This document shows, piece by piece, positions 35,010 through 45,222 of a DNA stretch of 64,000 nucleotides. Position 1 is the first letter of the stretch. Every line of letters begins with the position of its first letter. The notes below the pieces were generated by a model. It ran no database searches, was not told the origin of the DNA, and saw only the letters and a program-made list of their open reading frames with translations. A program made the position numbers and the translations under genes. Origin of the DNA: a virus (Duplodnaviria > Caudoviricetes); IMG/VR virus record IMGVR_UViG_3300028400_000006, positions 1,269-65,268 of that record, one strand, 5' to 3'.

Positions 35010-36665
35010 ATGTCTACGAAGCTAAGCACCGAACAAATCATCAACCGGTTCAGAACCGTGCACGGTAGCCGGTACGATTATAGCAGGGTTCGCTATAAGA
35101 ATAAACATACGCCAGTCGAAATCCTCTGTCGAGAACATGGAACTTTCTGGCAATCGCCGCATCACCACGAGCGGGGGCGCGGCTGTCCTCAATGTGGCGC
35201 TCGGCAGGGGGCATACAAAGCGAAAGGACGAGTGCGTGTCACCACTGAACAATTCGTCGCCAAAGCCAAGGCCCGGTTTGGCGGCAAGTACGACTACTCC
35301 AAAACGGAGTACAAGGGCTACAGGACAAAAGTTACCATCACATGCCCTGAACACGGGGACTTTCACATGCTGCCCCACGAGCACTTGAAGGGACACGGCT
35401 GTGCATTGTGCGGCCGCAAAAACCGCCGGCGGGGGGCAGACAACGCCAAGGCGGTGCCTGCGGAAGAAGCCTTGCGTAGGTTAAGAAAAAACCACCCGCA
35501 CATCAATCTAATCACTTATAACGGCATGAACAACGAAGCAGAAATGTACTGTATGCGGCACCAGTATAGGTTTTATACATCTCCAAAACTACTGCTTAAA
35601 AAACAGGGTTGCCCTCTTTGTTCTAGCGGCTATAGAAGCGAACAGTTTTCTAAACGGAGATATGTCACATTCGAAGAAATAAAAAAAAGGTGTATAGAGG
35701 TGCACGGTCTAAAATACGAATACGACGCGCACAGCTATGACAAAACTAACGGCAAACTGAGAATAAAATGTTCTAAGCATGGTTGGTTCTGGCAGCGTGT
35801 TAGTGGCCATTTGAATGGTAGTGGCTGCCCAGAATGCGCCCGCGTCTTTGGAAAAGAAGAAGAAAAAATCGCTAGGTTATTCGCGGACCTTCCGCATGAA
35901 CGCCGCTGGCGAGGTTATGGCAAGGAGATAGACATTTGGTTCCCAAAGCAACGCGTCGGTATTGAATACCATGGTGCTTACTGGCACTCCGAGCAATACA
36001 GGGGCAAGTACGCGCACGCCGAAAAAGCGAACCTGGCTGACCGGCACCACTTTCGGCTTTTCCAGGTTTTCGACTTCGAGTGGGAGGAGAAACAAAATGC
36101 CATTCTTCGCCTCATAAAGGATGCTTTATATGGGCCGGCGCGGGTCAGCGGGGCCAGAGACTGGGAGATACACCAGATTTCTACCGACCAGGCCAGGGCC
36201 TTTCTTAAAGCCCACCACATACATGACTTCGCCGGGGGCAAGCCCATAGCTCTGGCAAAGGACGACGAAATAGCTGCAGTTATGACATTTAGAAAGAAAG
36301 GAGATGGGTTGGAGATAGCCCGTTTCGCCACCTCGCACCACATTCGGGGAGGGCTAGAACGCTTGGTCGCTCACATCAGAAAGCAAACCAACGACTCCAT
36401 ATACTCTTTCGTGGACCGCCGCTTCTTCACAGGCGCGTCGTTTCGCAGGTGCGGGTTCACGCTCCTACGCATAACGCAACCCAACTACTGGTACATAGAC
36501 AAGGGGGGACGGGTCGTAGGGCGCCGGCAGCGATTTCAAAAGCATAAACTCCAAACACTGCTCGGCGACAACTTCGACCCGTCATTAACTGAAGCCGAAA
36601 ACATGAAGCGAGCTGGGTACTACCGTTTGTTTGACGCCGGACACAAACTGTTTGTCTTACGATAG
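35010..36665 (+). CDS. Free-standing homing-endonuclease-like gene: 4 Zn-ribbon repeats (DUF723-like), PD-(D/E)XK (Hef-like) nuclease and GNAT/Mom-like C-terminal domain
   Basis: Repeats of the type YDYS..Y...V.I.C.EHG.F...H..G.GCP.C; EIDIWFP...GIEYHGAYWHS; EIARFAT...IRGG..RL...SFVDRRF..G; antisense to its neighbours and lower GC. Confidence 0.8.
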   Translation: MSTKLSTEQIINRFRTVHGSRYDYSRVRYKNKHTPVEILCREHGTFWQSPHHHERGRGCPQCGARQGAYKAKGRVRVTTEQFVAKAKARFGGKYDYSKTEYKGYRTKVTITCPEHGDFHMLPHEHLKGHGCALCGRKNRRRGADNAKAVPAEEALRRLRKNHPHINLITYNGMNNEAEMYCMRHQYRFYTSPKLLLKKQGCPLCSSGYRSEQFSKRRYVTFEEIKKRCIEVHGLKYEYDAHSYDKTNGKLRIKCSKHGWFWQRVSGHLNGSGCPECARVFGKEEEKIARLFADLPHERRWRGYGKEIDIWFPKQRVGIEYHGAYWHSEQYRGKYAHAEKANLADRHHFRLFQVFDFEWEEKQNAILRLIKDALYGPARVSGARDWEIHQISTDQARAFLKAHHIHDFAGGKPIALAKDDEIAAVMTFRKKGDGLEIARFATSHHIRGGLERLVAHIRKQTNDSIYSFVDRRFFTGASFRRCGFTLLRITQPNYWYIDKGGRVVGRRQRFQKHKLQTLLGDNFDPSLTEAENMKRAGYYRLFDAGHKLFVLR

Positions 36666-37163
36666 CAAATGCCGATCCTTGAACTCCACGATAGCGTCAC
36701 GGATCTCAATTGCGCGGTCAAAATAATCCGGGCATGCCAGCGACAAGATAGCGCACATCAACTCGACAAACGCCGACTGCGTTGCCAACGCTTGCACTCG
36801 GTAGTGTGACACCTGTTCGGAATTGGCGCCACTAGGTGGATTCAGAGCCTTGTCGAGATACTGTGCCGATGTCGTCCATGTCACGGCGGCGTTGGCGAGG
36901 ATGGGATTGAGGTGGCCACTATGTGCCGCCCAGAAGGGATTACGACCCAGCGCGAAGGTGAGGTCAATGACCACCTTCGTCACATCCTGCGCAAAATCCT
37001 CATCGATGCCGTCCCGCACCCACACCTGCATCGGCACGTAGAAGATGCGGAAAATGGCGACGGCAGCGTCTTCAGCGCTCTGGTCCAACTTACGGTCGCC
37101 GGTATTGATATAGCGCCGCAGCAGCGCACGCAGCTCATGCTCGAACCTCATATCTAACCCCAC
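36657..37163 (-). CDS. Hypothetical protein in the morphogenesis operon
   Basis: Helical 168-aa ORF with an NPFW motif. Confidence 0.65.
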   Translation of the reverse strand: MGLDMRFEHELRALLRRYINTGDRKLDQSAEDAAVAIFRIFYVPMQVWVRDGIDEDFAQDVTKVVIDLTFALGRNPFWAAHSGHLNPILANAAVTWTTSAQYLDKALNPPSGANSEQVSHYRVQALATQSAFVELMCAILSLACPDYFDRAIEIRDAIVEFKDRHLLS

Positions 37164-38827
37164 TTCAGTTCGCTTCGGCTGGTGGCGAACCAGACGCCAT
37201 AAACAGTAGTATCCCTACCTTCCAGCTCTATTTCAAATTCCACTCCACGGCGCACCTGCGGCAAGCGTGCCGTGTCGTAGCTGCCGTTGAAATCATGGCG
37301 CCAGACAAGCTGACCGTCGACGTACAACGACACGATCACCTCACCGTCGACGTTGACCTGGCAAGCGGAAAAGCGGATCGGACTGGGCATGCGAAACACC
37401 TTCGACCGCCACACCCAGTCCGACCGCGCCGCTCCCTCCTGCCAGACACCAACACCACCATCGTAACCAACGTAGAGTAACCCGTCCAGCCCCAGGTGCA
37501 GAGTTGTTACGCCAGGGTTATCGACGGTAACAAGATCACCAGGCTCCAACGCATCCGCTGAAGATGGCAAATCCAACACAAAGCCGCGCCCCGCCGGCGA
37601 CCTAAACGCCACCACGTACCCTTCCCACCAAGCAAGCACGTTTGGCGCCCAACGCTCCCAATCATCGATGCCAATACGCTGGTAAGTAATAACCCGCTGA
37701 TCCTGCACGCTTAGCGCCGCCAAGCCCTTGCGCGTGACGTAAAGTGCGCCCCATGGCGCCGGGCACCAAGCACGGCTACCCATCAGCGGCATGGGCGTCT
37801 CATACCGTACCACCTCCAGCTCCATGTCATTATCATTGCCCTGCATAGCCTTGAAATAGGGACGAATGCGGTAGGGGCGCCCCGTCGTCAGAACAAAGAC
37901 ATGCTCTCCATACGGCACCAACGCCTTGATGCGCTCTGGAAAACTATGCCGATACTGGTGCGGCCAATTGTGCGCTTCGTGTCGTTCAGACACGAACAAA
38001 TCGTTATCTTTGAATCCAACAAGATAGCCCTGTTCCGTGCCGACCACCTGTTCCATACTGACAGGGGGAGGTTCATCGTGGGCTGTCAGCAAAGTGCCAA
38101 GCTCCAATTCCGACGTAGTTATAGTGTCATCGAACGAAACGCCAAGCGCCGCCACCTCGACCTCGGCAAGGAGCTGGAACGAAGCGTCGAAATTGACATT
38201 AAGCACTTTGCCGTCAGAGTAAGACGGCAGGGAGCGATAAATGCGTATGTATTCGGCATTAGGTGGTGGAGTGTCGAACCCCGTCAGGCGCCATGTTTCG
38301 TCAACCCAGCTACGCACAGGCACACTTGGTGGCGCCGGCGGCGACTCCACGCCGAACTGGTCAACCCACGTGTAGGTATAGACCCGCATGTCGGGACCAT
38401 TAGGGTATAGGGCCGTATCGAGGCTAGTGGTTGTAAGTTGTGCTACCTGAAGTTGACGTGTTGGTGCCGGCACCACCAGCGGCGCCCACATATTGTTGGA
38501 AGGAAACCAACGCTGAGGCTCTGAACCATCGTGGTGAAACACGATATAATGTTCAAGGTCAGCCACGGAGCCGGGAGCGGGGAAATCGATAAGACTGACG
38601 CAATGGTCGAACACGACGACCTGTTGGCAACCGTTCATATCGTGGGGTTTGAACACCTGTGCAGGTGGCGCCGTGTCTTGTACTTTGCGGATGGAGCGCC
38701 AACCAGAGATCGCACCATCCACCAGTCGCGTATTGTGCGCCTCCTGCGCATACTCCTCGGGCAGCAGCCTGGGCGAGACACGTGGCCGCAAGCCACCAAA
38801 TCGTGTCAAGCCAAACCCCACCATCAC
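37154..38827 (-). CDS. Tail nozzle/DNA-stabilisation protein (tail tubular B-like)
   Basis: FGGLRPRVSPRLLP, YTYTWVDQFGVESPPAP, WVWRSKVF; beta-propeller-like composition. Confidence 0.75.
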   Translation of the reverse strand: MMVGFGLTRFGGLRPRVSPRLLPEEYAQEAHNTRLVDGAISGWRSIRKVQDTAPPAQVFKPHDMNGCQQVVVFDHCVSLIDFPAPGSVADLEHYIVFHHDGSEPQRWFPSNNMWAPLVVPAPTRQLQVAQLTTTSLDTALYPNGPDMRVYTYTWVDQFGVESPPAPPSVPVRSWVDETWRLTGFDTPPPNAEYIRIYRSLPSYSDGKVLNVNFDASFQLLAEVEVAALGVSFDDTITTSELELGTLLTAHDEPPPVSMEQVVGTEQGYLVGFKDNDLFVSERHEAHNWPHQYRHSFPERIKALVPYGEHVFVLTTGRPYRIRPYFKAMQGNDNDMELEVVRYETPMPLMGSRAWCPAPWGALYVTRKGLAALSVQDQRVITYQRIGIDDWERWAPNVLAWWEGYVVAFRSPAGRGFVLDLPSSADALEPGDLVTVDNPGVTTLHLGLDGLLYVGYDGGVGVWQEGAARSDWVWRSKVFRMPSPIRFSACQVNVDGEVIVSLYVDGQLVWRHDFNGSYDTARLPQVRRGVEFEIELEGRDTTVYGVWFATSRSELKWG

Positions 38828-40296
38828 GCAGCCTCATGGACGGACAACCAAAACGCATGATCCGCCGGCGTCGCCTGCAACGACGAGCCGGCCACCGACA
38901 TATCATAAGTATAAACCTCAATCAGGGTCGTCGAAACAACGGATGCTCGCACCGTGGCAAGAGGGTCGTTACCTCGAATATTTACATGCACGACCGGGCT
39001 AGTCATTGGTGCAAGCAACTGTACTTGAAATACCCCAGTCCCAGTAGCTGTAACGGCGCTGACACCCTCGCCAACTACAATCGTAGAGCTGGTGGGGTCA
39101 TATTCCAACAGCACCGACGCAGCGGGAATAAAATCCACCAAATCGCCAATTTGCATACGTTCATGCTGGTTGGTGGTATAATTATAGACGGCTATATCAT
39201 CGGTGTTGGTAACGCCACTGGCGATAGGAAGCGTATTGATCTCAAACGTGGCACCAACGCTGGAAAGCATCCGGTTAACTAGGGCCTCAGCACCCTCGTA
39301 GGTGATGGCGTGGCCTTTCTCTGCCGCCGGCACCGTATTATTAGTGATGTCTGCCACCGACACGTACGTGGTTACACCCCAAACACCACTGTAGTCAGCC
39401 TGATCAACAGTGTGAGTCCAGGTGTTGGTGCCAGCATCATAGGTCACACGCAGGGGCACTACAGCCTGGTGCTGTGGGTGATCAACCGCCACCGGCGTAA
39501 AAGACAAAACTTGGCCAAATTCATTAATCTCAAACCCAGCATAAGTGCCAGGCGTGATACCAGTAGGCGTTAGCGCCACCACGGGGTCAGTAGAAGAACC
39601 GGAAACAGTGATGCCATCGCCGGCGGTAACGCTCATCACGCCGCCGTCGAAACTCAGACCGCTAGCCCACTGCTCCAGCTGACACAAAGCATCCTGCACG
39701 TTGGCGCCAGTGACAAATCCACAGGGCGCATAAACCACATCCTGCGCTGCAACGTCGCCAGGTGTCGTACCGCCGCCACTACCACACCCGCAGGGATCAT
39801 ATACGGGCAGGGCAGATGCGGGCCAACCTGGCGGGATGTAAGTGAAACGGCCATACTCATCGACTTTGGCGCCACCGTAATTGCCCGGCAGTACACCGGT
39901 AGGCTTTACATCCAACACGGGTGCTGCTGAGTCGTCACGATTGAGATCGAGCGCCGGCCCTACTGTTACCATACCCCAAGGGTTAGGGGGGTTACAAAGG
40001 TCGCATTCGCCATCTCCCTCCGCACAAAAAGGCTCCTCATCGATAGCGCATACGCAAGTGCTGACTGGCCACACCCGCGCCAACGTACCGCGTACGCCAC
40101 GCTCAACGACCACCTTCTCTCCATCGCAATGCGTCGCCCGCACCAGCTCGGAGCCGTCCTGAGTGTGAAGCTCCAGGATAACCACCCTGGTGCCATCCAG
40201 ATACGCACGCAACACGGCCATGTCGGCAGCAGGGAGGAGGAGATAGCGCGTACCGGCGCTGGCGGGGGTGATGAGCTTGGTGTCGAGCGTCAGCAT
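38824..40296 (-). CDS. Tail fibre protein
   Basis: N-terminal attachment motif E.V....VERG..GT.A..W; PGxY...VDEYGR repeats; NVQDALCQL. Confidence 0.75.
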   Translation of the reverse strand: MLTLDTKLITPASAGTRYLLLPAADMAVLRAYLDGTRVVILELHTQDGSELVRATHCDGEKVVVERGVRGTLARVWPVSTCVCAIDEEPFCAEGDGECDLCNPPNPWGMVTVGPALDLNRDDSAAPVLDVKPTGVLPGNYGGAKVDEYGRFTYIPPGWPASALPVYDPCGCGSGGGTTPGDVAAQDVVYAPCGFVTGANVQDALCQLEQWASGLSFDGGVMSVTAGDGITVSGSSTDPVVALTPTGITPGTYAGFEINEFGQVLSFTPVAVDHPQHQAVVPLRVTYDAGTNTWTHTVDQADYSGVWGVTTYVSVADITNNTVPAAEKGHAITYEGAEALVNRMLSSVGATFEINTLPIASGVTNTDDIAVYNYTTNQHERMQIGDLVDFIPAASVLLEYDPTSSTIVVGEGVSAVTATGTGVFQVQLLAPMTSPVVHVNIRGNDPLATVRASVVSTTLIEVYTYDMSVAGSSLQATPADHAFWLSVHEAA

Positions 40297-40297
40297 G

Positions 40298-40993
40298 TCA
40301 GCACCCCTGCATGGCGTTGGTCACATTGGCTTCGGTCCACTCAAAACGAATAATGGCGCCGGCCGGGAATCGCTGCGGCACGGTGCCGCCCTTGCCCCGG
40401 TCGAGAATGACGTCGCCATTGTCGCAATGCCACTCGACGATCTCGCGATGCACTCCGTCATTGATAACCAGTTGCGCCGGGCGGCAAAGCGTTAGGCCAC
40501 ACAGCTGTGCCTTGAGATCGTCACTGATCGGCAGGACCGTGTCCCCCGGCTCCAGAATGGCACAGAGATGAGCCTGGAAGGACTCGATGGCCTCGTACAT
40601 GTCCGTCACCCCCTGTGGCTTCGGTGGCGCCTGGAAATACCGCTGGCGCATAGGCTGCACATCCTTGTTGGGCACCAGCACGCGGCGCGGCACATGCAGC
40701 TCAATAGCACCAAGCACTACATCATTATAGCGAATTTCCGCCTCGTAGCGACCATCTTTCGTAGGAAATTGAGAATCGAACATGAAACAAACGCGCCCAT
40801 CGTCTTTCAGTTCCCAGGCTGGGTATTGGATCAACCACGCCTGGTCACCACGGCGACGAACAAAAAGGCTCAGGCCATCCAGCGACTCAGGCGCACACGA
40901 AAGCCCACACGTAGCAAGTGGCACACAAACACCACGCACGTCATCACAAATGATGATGGTCCGCATGCGATGCCTCCTGAGCATTAGTACCAC
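40298..40993 (-). CDS. Tail/fibre adaptor protein
   Basis: C-terminal EIV...LDRGKGGT.PQRFPAG shared with the fibre N-terminus. Confidence 0.6.
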   Translation of the reverse strand: MVLMLRRHRMRTIIICDDVRGVCVPLATCGLSCAPESLDGLSLFVRRRGDQAWLIQYPAWELKDDGRVCFMFDSQFPTKDGRYEAEIRYNDVVLGAIELHVPRRVLVPNKDVQPMRQRYFQAPPKPQGVTDMYEAIESFQAHLCAILEPGDTVLPISDDLKAQLCGLTLCRPAQLVINDGVHREIVEWHCDNGDVILDRGKGGTVPQRFPAGAIIRFEWTEANVTNAMQGC

Positions 40994-41619
40994 ACCCTCC
41001 TGGCGCGCATGATGAGCGGACCCGCCTGGTTACCTTTGGCGAGCCGCACCTTCGTCCGAATGATGGCGTCCTTAAACCAGCGGTAATAGCGCAGACCAAG
41101 CCGTTGATCCTCCCAATCAACGTTCGGCATCATAAGCAGTTGCGCCCGTGCACCGATACCAATCTCCTCCGCGTGGTCCTCAAAAAAAGATTTCTCAATG
41201 GAGCAACTGTACTGCGATGGAAACACCGCCACTTCCAACTCCAACCCATCCAGTTCATCACGAGCTGGCGGAGGAAAGATATAAACCGTCGACGGCCGGT
41301 CAAAATAAATACCACGAGCGCGCCCTGACGCCGGATAGCGCTGAAGGGATGACAGCGTACACCCCGACGCTGTAGCGCGCATGAGGACATCTACCACGTA
41401 ATTGTCAGACGGCTCGATGAAGTAGTCCTCGACGCCCTTATACAAGTCGGCATAGTAAAGCCGGCGCAGCACCTTGGTACGCTTACAGAACTCGATGGAT
41501 ACGGCACGAATGGTATGCTCAATAAGATCATCCGGAGCGCCGGGGACGTACGGCCTGACATCGGGCAGAAACTCTGCCCAACCAACCATCTCAACATCCT
41601 GTTCACGGCACTTGGTCAT
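40984..41619 (-). CDS. Tail tubular/adaptor protein
   Basis: W.EFLP.V.PYVPG.PD...IR...IEFC..T...GA.A.L.MMP...W pattern of podovirus tail proteins. Confidence 0.7.
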   Translation of the reverse strand: MTKCREQDVEMVGWAEFLPDVRPYVPGAPDDLIEHTIRAVSIEFCKRTKVLRRLYYADLYKGVEDYFIEPSDNYVVDVLMRATASGCTLSSLQRYPASGRARGIYFDRPSTVYIFPPPARDELDGLELEVAVFPSQYSCSIEKSFFEDHAEEIGIGARAQLLMMPNVDWEDQRLGLRYYRWFKDAIIRTKVRLAKGNQAGPLIMRARRVWY

Positions 41620-42338
41620 CGTCTCATCGGAGCCGGTTGCGTACCCACTTGCTGGTTGGGCTCATCCTGAGCCGTGCGGCCAAGCCAGTTGCCGCTATTG
41701 AAGCGGCTCTCCTGCAGGTAATCAACCCCCAGGGCGGTGTAGAACGCCTGCTTGTGATGTGTGATCATGGAGGCATTGCGCTCGCTCTCCACGTCCACTT
41801 CGAGCGCACGCGCCATTACCCAATCAACCACCTGAGCGCGGTAGGCGCAATCAATACCAAGACAATCATCCAACCGCTGCTTATCATGCTTTGGTGGGTT
41901 GGCAACCAAAGTCGCTACAACCCGATGCGTCACACCCTTCGGTACCGGAGGGTTGACGTAGAAGGTGCGCCGGTCTTTGGAATTCCGGCTCCAACTCTGC
42001 ACCACATAGCAGGCGGAAGAAGGAAGGCGGCAGGGGCGCCCAACAAACGTACGCTGGATACTCTCCGCCGTCTCCTGGATTGGAGTTTCGTCGCCACCAA
42101 TGTTGTATTCGAGGGAGATAAGTTGCCGGTAACCATCCGGCACTCGCTGGAGCCGTCCAGGTTGGAGCGTAATTTCTGTCGTTACAGCAAACTCATCCGG
42201 GCGATAAGTGAGGATTTCGCAAAGAGCTTCATTAATAAAAGTGACAAGTTGCGCAACGGTCCACCGCTCCCTGTCAGGATCTCCCAGCAGGGTATAGACC
42301 TCATCGACGATTTCACGGACCGTTACGCAGCACGTCAC
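41616..42338 (-). CDS. Head-tail adaptor (DUF6682-like)
   Basis: L.D....RWT..QL..FINEA...I...RPD; TFYVNPP. Confidence 0.75.
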   Translation of the reverse strand: MTCCVTVREIVDEVYTLLGDPDRERWTVAQLVTFINEALCEILTYRPDEFAVTTEITLQPGRLQRVPDGYRQLISLEYNIGGDETPIQETAESIQRTFVGRPCRLPSSACYVVQSWSRNSKDRRTFYVNPPVPKGVTHRVVATLVANPPKHDKQRLDDCLGIDCAYRAQVVDWVMARALEVDVESERNASMITHHKQAFYTALGVDYLQESRFNSGNWLGRTAQDEPNQQVGTQPAPMRR

Positions 42339-42649
42339 TCCTCGACCTCCGGCACATCCAGCGCCGCTGCCTCGCGTGGCGAGGGCTTTTTGCGGGGTTT
42401 ACGTTTAGGCGCTTCTTTACCTTCGTCTTTGGCCAAAGCGCGCAATCGTTCAACAATGGCGTCAGCGCCGGACATACGCGCCACAAGCTCCCGGGCCTTT
42501 TCTTTCTCTTCACGCTGTTTCAGCTTCGCTTCCAAATACTGAAGCGCATCTTCCGCCGAAATCTCTTCGACGTCTGGGTGTTTCGCCATACCTTCATGGT
42601 AGGCAAACACGACGCCAGTGGCCCGGTTGCGCAAAAATTTGATAGCCAT
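42335..42649 (-). CDS. Hypothetical protein downstream of the capsid genes
   Basis: GGAGG RBS; LRNRATGVVF. Confidence 0.65.
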   Translation of the reverse strand: MAIKFLRNRATGVVFAYHEGMAKHPDVEEISAEDALQYLEAKLKQREEKEKARELVARMSGADAIVERLRALAKDEGKEAPKRKPRKKPSPREAAALDVPEVEE

Positions 42650-42666
42650 ACATCCCTCCATACAAC

Positions 42667-42692
42667 GGACGGGTGACGCATGTCACCCGTCC
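42667..42692 (-). terminator. Hairpin after the capsid/decoration genes
   Basis: GGACGGGTGAC-GCAT-GTCACCCGTCC, an 11-bp stem; weak U-tract. Confidence 0.65.
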
Positions 42693-42701
42693 TTCGTGTT
42701 G

Positions 42702-43292
42702 TTAGTTGCCACCAAACTCGTACTGCTCGACCACGGCAGTGATCCGCACGTCTGAGCCCTTGATGCCACCGGCGGGAAGGTTGTTGATATCCATCCGCAG
42801 CACGGCGTTCTGGTCAAGGTAGAGCTGGTTGCCAACCACAGTCGGCACATCAATCAGGCCATCAGCCGCTGTGGCAGCAGAAATCGGCGCCGTCGTAATC
42901 GGCGTCGTAGTGCCGGTCGGGGGCGGCACTTCCACCACCAGGTCAAAGTCAAAACCCGGCAGAGGCTTTTCAACCGACCACCACACCCGCAGCAGCGTAC
43001 AACGACGCGGCAGCAGAATAATACGCAGCTGATCACCCGCGGCGATGGGGTTGTTGTCGAGGTACGACGCCAGCGCCGGAGACAGCGGATCAAAAGTACG
43101 CTTCGGCCCCTCCGGGCGTTCCCAGACAAGCCGCCGCGTAATACCGCCCACTACCGGCGTACGCCGTGCATCAAAACGGTTGTAGGCATCGAGGTCAGGC
43201 AGGACCGACGGAAACATTTCAGCGTTGTAGGTGCCAGGGGCGACACCCCCATTCGGCCCCGCTCCACCCATGAAGAGATTATGAACAGCCAT
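42702..43292 (-). CDS. Putative capsid decoration/cement protein
   Basis: Immediately after the MCP; beta-rich; strong RBS. Confidence 0.6.
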   Translation of the reverse strand: MAVHNLFMGGAGPNGGVAPGTYNAEMFPSVLPDLDAYNRFDARRTPVVGGITRRLVWERPEGPKRTFDPLSPALASYLDNNPIAAGDQLRIILLPRRCTLLRVWWSVEKPLPGFDFDLVVEVPPPTGTTTPITTAPISAATAADGLIDVPTVVGNQLYLDQNAVLRMDINNLPAGGIKGSDVRITAVVEQYEFGGN

Positions 43293-43307
43293 TGTCGGTC
43301 CTCCCTA

Positions 43308-44258
43308 TCAGGCGAAGTAGGCATACAGGTTGGCCAGGAACTCCGGGCGCACCACATCATACCCAAACGCCGTCAGGCCCTGGAAATACATGCTCCAGGA
43401 ATCCTTATCGGTGTTCAGCACGCGATTACGCTCCAGCGTCATGGCGAACACAGCGGCCTCATTGGTGCCGGCGATGATGTTATAGGCAGTCGCACCCACA
43501 CCTGGGTCAGTCTGCGATGGCAGATACTGGGAGATGTAAATGCGGAAGCCCGCAATCTCCATCGGGATACGACCGTTCAACAGCATGGTCACGCCGTTGC
43601 CACCATAGAAGGACGCATTGGAGAGCTGCGAGTTCAAGATGTAGGTCTTCGCCGGCGGCGGCAGAATGATCCAACGCCCCTGCTGCGGAGCGCACTGCTC
43701 ATCCAGCACGCCAGACACATGCGTCAGCACCTCCACAATGTTGGCGGACGTAAGAGCCACCGGAGCACCCACTTGGCCAAGGTTGTAAAGGCCAGACGTC
43801 ACACCAGCGGTCGGACCCTGGTTGGCCGCGTGAACAGAAGCCGCAAGGTAAGCAAACGCTTCCTCGTCAATCTTCGTCTTGATGGCCTCACCGGCACCCT
43901 TGGTCACCCGTGCCAGCACTTTCTTCCACATCGGCGACATGTCGTAGTCGATCTGATCGACCTTGACGGAAAAGTGCTTCGCCCGGTTGATCATGATGGT
44001 GACCGGCTCCAGCTCCAGAGTATCATGCTCCAGAGTGCCGTCCTTCACATAATCGTAAACCGAAATGGTCGGTTCACGGAAGAATGTGATCTGATCACCG
44101 CGACCTTTGAGCTCACCGATAAAGTCGGTGGTGGTGATGCTCGGCAGGATAGCCGTGCAATAATACTGTTCGAGGAGCCGCTGCGAATAAACCGGCGGGA
44201 TAAACCCCGTCCCGGAATACTGGGGATAACCCGCAGCGGCAGGGATCGGCTGGGGCAT
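43308..44258 (-). CDS. Major capsid protein
   Basis: FIPPVYS..LL, GDQI...PTI.V.DY, LDEQ.AP..GRW.ILPP, GL.AFG..VVRPE; AGGAGG RBS; follows the scaffold gene. Confidence 0.88.
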   Translation of the reverse strand: MPQPIPAAAGYPQYSGTGFIPPVYSQRLLEQYYCTAILPSITTTDFIGELKGRGDQITFFREPTISVYDYVKDGTLEHDTLELEPVTIMINRAKHFSVKVDQIDYDMSPMWKKVLARVTKGAGEAIKTKIDEEAFAYLAASVHAANQGPTAGVTSGLYNLGQVGAPVALTSANIVEVLTHVSGVLDEQCAPQQGRWIILPPPAKTYILNSQLSNASFYGGNGVTMLLNGRIPMEIAGFRIYISQYLPSQTDPGVGATAYNIIAGTNEAAVFAMTLERNRVLNTDKDSWSMYFQGLTAFGYDVVRPEFLANLYAYFA

Positions 44259-44300
44259 CTCTACCTCCTTTTTGCCGTGGCCGCTCGCAGCGGCTCAGGT

Positions 44301-45167
44301 TTACGCCAACGCCGCATCGCGCACCCCATACCGCCGTCGTAATTTCATCACCGCTTCTTGATATTGCGCATCATCCAGCTCCTTGCGCCGATACATATCG
44401 AGCAGTTTCTCGCTGGCCGTAATATATTTTGCATCCAGGTCATCCTGGGAAGGCTCTTGTTTCGGCGTATCAGGCATACCAGAAAGTGGACGAACCTGCG
44501 GGCGCGCAGATACATCCTGGCCTTTCGTGTCACCCTTTTGCTTATACCCTTGGATAATCTCCACCGCCGCCATGAGATTCTGAGCCTGGTAGGCATCTTC
44601 CAACAACTCACGCAACGTGCGGCCGCCAGAATAAGGGGCTGGCTGTGCTAGATATTCAGCGAACTTAGCGTCGGTATGCAGCTTGTCCAGGTCAGGTATT
44701 TGCATGCGCAGCTGTTGTGCAAACGTCACTTGCGCCTGCTGCTGCATAGCTTTCTGCATATCAGAAAGCTGCCTGCGCAGATCCGACACCATTTCAGCGA
44801 CGGCTTTCATCTGCTCACCAGTCGCCACCTTGGCGATGGCTTCCAGCTTGTCTTTATACTCAGCAAGCTTCCCGAGGTCCTCGTCCTTGATCTCCGGGAT
44901 ATCCAGCTTAACTGTCGGCTCGTCGTCTTTTTCAGGCTCTTTCGCCACTACCTGTTTTTCGAACTGCTCCTCAATACCAGCGCGCAATGCCCGCAGCTCA
45001 GCCATTAGAGCCTGCGGGTCTAAAACTTGAGCCCCACCAGAAGCGCCGTCTGTGTTTTCAGACACATCTTCCGCCTTGGCTGATTCTTCGCCAAGGATAT
45101 CATCGAGGATGTCATCGACGCTAGTAGCGCCATCCACGTCCAGTTCTTTCGGGTCACGCAATTGCAT
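44301..45167 (-). CDS. Scaffolding protein
   Basis: Acidic and helical, directly upstream of the MCP. Confidence 0.7.
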   Translation of the reverse strand: MQLRDPKELDVDGATSVDDILDDILGEESAKAEDVSENTDGASGGAQVLDPQALMAELRALRAGIEEQFEKQVVAKEPEKDDEPTVKLDIPEIKDEDLGKLAEYKDKLEAIAKVATGEQMKAVAEMVSDLRRQLSDMQKAMQQQAQVTFAQQLRMQIPDLDKLHTDAKFAEYLAQPAPYSGGRTLRELLEDAYQAQNLMAAVEIIQGYKQKGDTKGQDVSARPQVRPLSGMPDTPKQEPSQDDLDAKYITASEKLLDMYRRKELDDAQYQEAVMKLRRRYGVRDAALA

Positions 45168-45193
45168 ATCACACCTCTTTGGTAGTTTTTCAT

Positions 45194-45222
45194 ATTATAG
45201 CGCGCTTAATTACGACTGGGAA
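45194..45222 (-). promoter_or_regulatory. Possible promoter for scaffold and capsid genes
   Basis: TTCCCA, 17 bp, TATAAT on the minus strand upstream of the GAGG RBS. Confidence 0.45.

Noticed and set aside
34997-36660. Group I intron around the endonuclease
   Set aside because: Flanking genes appear complete, there is no non-coding room for a ribozyme core, and the ORF is antisense
43281-44342. 353-aa plus-strand ORF
   Set aside because: Antisense shadow of the major capsid gene
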